Assembly: GCA_964035545.1 (NCBI GenBank)
Contig: OZ037768.1
Location: 5,302,741 to 5,366,740, forward strand
Length of the DNA stretch: 64,000 nucleotides
Source: Bugula neritina
Lineage: Eukaryota; Animalia; Bryozoa
Direction of reading: 5' to 3'
Part shown: positions 61,081 through 64,000 of the stretch, in pieces
Layout of the letters: every line of letters starts with the position of its first letter
Numbering within the stretch: position 1 is the first letter of the stretch
Position numbers and translations under genes: made by a program
Notes under the pieces: generated by a model
Told to the model about the DNA's origin: nothing
Seen by the model: the letters and a program-made list of their open reading frames with translations, nothing else
Databases searched by the model: none

Positions 61081-62574
61081 TGGATCTAATAATATTTGTT
61101 TGCAAGTATGCCATTGATTACTAGGTTGCTCTCCAAAGTAAAGCAGTGATATGTAGTGGCTAAGAGCTTCCTTTATACAGAGTAATCTTTACTTTTTTCA
61201 TCGTTTTTAAAAAATGTCATTTTGTACAACATTTTAACTATGGTGTTTCACAAAAGGTGATGTTCATTTTGGTATTCTTGCAGTATAAAATACATTATCA
61301 AAGTAATAAAGTATATCTAGGCTTGATGTCTACACGAGATATCTTCTATACAAGCATGACTCATATAATAATGGCACAGGGAGTGATACTTGTTAGCTTT
61401 TTACTATATCAAAAATAGTGATCACATTCTATACCCATTGGCTGGTAAAAAGGCAGAGGTGTTTAAAAGCCTGATTGAGTTTAATGTATGCTGCTTCATA
61501 TACACTGTGCTAATAGTTTAATCAGATGAAAATATTCAGGTATCTGAACTAGTGTGCTTTGTTTTTAGAATATCAAAGGTTTTATAAAAAAAAAACCTAA
61601 TAGCTGTCACTGTACTAATCGGCTGGTTATTATCTACCTGGTATTTGTACATCTAAGAAGTAAAAAATTAGCAGCAACTAAGACAAATTCTAAAATATTA
61701 TTCATCTGCTATAATGCCATAGTGCAAACTGTCTCACACGTGTAACTTATGAGTCAAGTATAATATTTAGCTTTAATCCATCAGCAGTCGCCAATTTTAG
61801 TTACTACTTCAAGTACTAGACCGACTCCGTAGGATGTGGGTGATTGGGCTCTGATTGCAACCTTTGATCAGAGAGTGTAAATCTTTTAATTTTAACCGCC
61901 AATAAAATTAGTCCCAAATAAGACTTTGATTACGTGTTGCAAAGGATGCAAGTTTATTGCTTAGAAAAGTTCCATCTGTCATTGCCTGCAGATTAACGTT
62001 ATCGGACTAGAGAATAAAAAAATAGTTTTCCATTGAATAGAATTTAAATTTTTTATTCACTCACCAGTCATCACTATTAGTTTTTATTGACAAAATTGCG
62101 TAAAAGATTACTTTATTGCATAGCCAGAATCTTCAAGTCTTTGTTCAATTTATCAAATACGGCAACCACTGTATTCTAATTCTCACCAGTACCACAGACT
62201 CAGGCTGGCTAGTCATTACGGTTACCAGTACCAGGCCTGTTTTATGTCTAACTTTAAGTTTTGGATCCACCGCAAATTGATTTTAAATATATATTTAGTT
62301 TTACTGACTACAAATGCATATATCATACATGTAACCCATTATTGAAAATATGGCACACCCCTTTCTACCCGACCGGGTTAGGATGGCTTAGTGTAACGAA
62401 TAATTCGACAGGTGCCGAGTTCAGCAGATTGAGATTGAATGAAAACTTGAAGATTCAACTCGACTAAAGCTTATATTTCAACTCTAACTCAGACACTAAC
62501 TCTATTTCTAAGGCTTAAGTTTGCATTCATCATTTAATGTTCACAGCTCCTGTTGGTATAATGATTAAACTTGG

Positions 62575-62965
62575 ATTTCTAGTAGTATTACGACTAACAC
62601 ATCTAATACTAATATTAATTATTAATAGTAATACTGTAATAGTAATAGTAATACTAACAGTAATTATGGTAATTCCCTAAATCAAAATGTAGTCCTAATA
62701 CTTATTAATAGTAATGCTTATAATAATAGTACTAGTATTAGTAATTTACTAGCAATACTAATACTTATATTGATAGTATTACTATTAGTTGTAGTATACT
62801 GTATAAATATAACTATAAGTTAAACTTAAAGTATTGCTATTAGTATTAGTATCATTGTTATAACAATTCTAATTTAGTAATACTAATAGCAATAATTTAC
62901 TACTAGTTACTGCTTAATAGAAATGCAAATACCAATAGTAATAGTAATACTAATAGTAATAATTT
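62575..62965. repeat. Degenerate AGT/ACT tract upstream of DNAJC10
   Basis: aatagtaatactgtaatagtaatagtaatactaac and similar runs. Confidence 0.85.
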
Positions 62966-63311
62966 ACATTCTTCAGTAATTGCCGTTTGATGATGTTATA
63001 ATGTTTTAGTCACTCTTTTTAGAAGTTTGCTTACTATTGTAAAATAACTGTTGCAATTATAAAATATAAACAAAATCAAAACACATTTCATATATTTTCA
63101 TCAGCTGCTGAAGCATAGTTAATGTAATTCAATTAGAATTTTATGCATTAGTTGAAAAATAAATTATCATGTTAAAATTATTTACTAGCACTCAATGTGT
63201 GTTCTACACCCAAGTATATCTTCCTACACTCAATAAGCTAATAAGCTATGACTATATCTATTGTAGTGTCAACAGAGCCATTATTTATTCAACATTTTGA
63301 GTTCCTACAGT

Positions 63312-63485
63312 ATGGTGCAATGCATCGCTGTCTTGATGGTGCTGTTATCTGCATTAACTTTACACGAAGTCACATCAGAAACTAACTTCTATGATCTCTT
63401 GAATATTAAAAAAGATGCTGATAACCGAGAGATCAGAAAAGCATTCAAACAACTTGCATTGAAAATGCATCCAGATAAAAATCCG
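63312..63485 (+). CDS. DNAJC10: ER J-domain protein ERdj5, first coding exon; continues off the right edge
   Basis: Signal peptide MVQCIAVLMVLLSAL then FYDLLNIKKDADNREIRKAFKQLALKMHPDKNP, donor GTAAGC at 63486. Closest recalled match is DNAJC10 (REIRQAFKKLALKLHPDKNP); thioredoxin domains are not in the window. Confidence 0.78.
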
Positions 63486-64000
63486 GTAAGCTATGATTTA
63501 ATAATTACTTGTGGCGGCGCCATATAAATTCTATTACCTGTTATCTATTTTAGTTTAATGACGAAAAAATCTGTAAACACTGTTGAGTTTTGCTAGTATT
63601 TAGCACTTAGAAAGCCCTGAATTTACTGAATTTATCAAAATTCACCTATGTGCATTGTAAAATTTGTTTTACATCTTATAGTGGCCAAGAAAATTATTAT
63701 ATAATATGCATCATTTATACTATCTTTGAGCATTTATTCCATAGAATATATGTTTTTCCAGTTTTAGTATTTTCTTCTTGATGGAGTAAAATTCATGTTT
63801 TTATGATACAAAATACTAAGCATTAGAAGACCTTTAATAGGCTTCGGCAGGTTATAATTTTTTATCGACTTGAGTTTTGCATGATATGATTGTTTAACAA
63901 GGTTTTGAAACCGTGTTTTACTGTCAGCAGCATTATTTCTTTGCAATATGAAAATATGTTGTTACTTAATACTCATTTTCTAATGACTTCTGTTCAAATT

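Overview
AT-rich, intron-containing animal (invertebrate) genomic DNA. I spliced gene models by hand using GT-AG boundaries and intron-phase consistency. In order: 5' end of an RSKR/SGK494-type kinase gene (-); a 23-exon astacin metalloprotease with EGF-like, 14 ShK and one TSP1 domain (-); decayed partial copies and then an intact 12-exon, 329-aa gene with no recognisable homology (+); LINE debris and a 5'-truncated R4/Dong-clade retrotransposon; a compact ZC3HC1/NIPA (+); a C2-WW3-HECT SMURF ligase (-); head-to-head PIGF (-) and ERAL1 (+); first coding exon of DNAJC10 (+). Most unusual signals: (1) degenerate AGT/ACT-rich tracts at the 5' end of all six conserved housekeeping-type genes but not the astacin or orphan gene; (2) the orphan gene, largely missed by the ORF track, with its pseudogenised tandem relatives; (3) a SMURF splice donor amplified eight times as a 35-bp minisatellite; (4) a naturally loop-less ZC3HC1. 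Family assignments are from recalled motifs; no database search was run.
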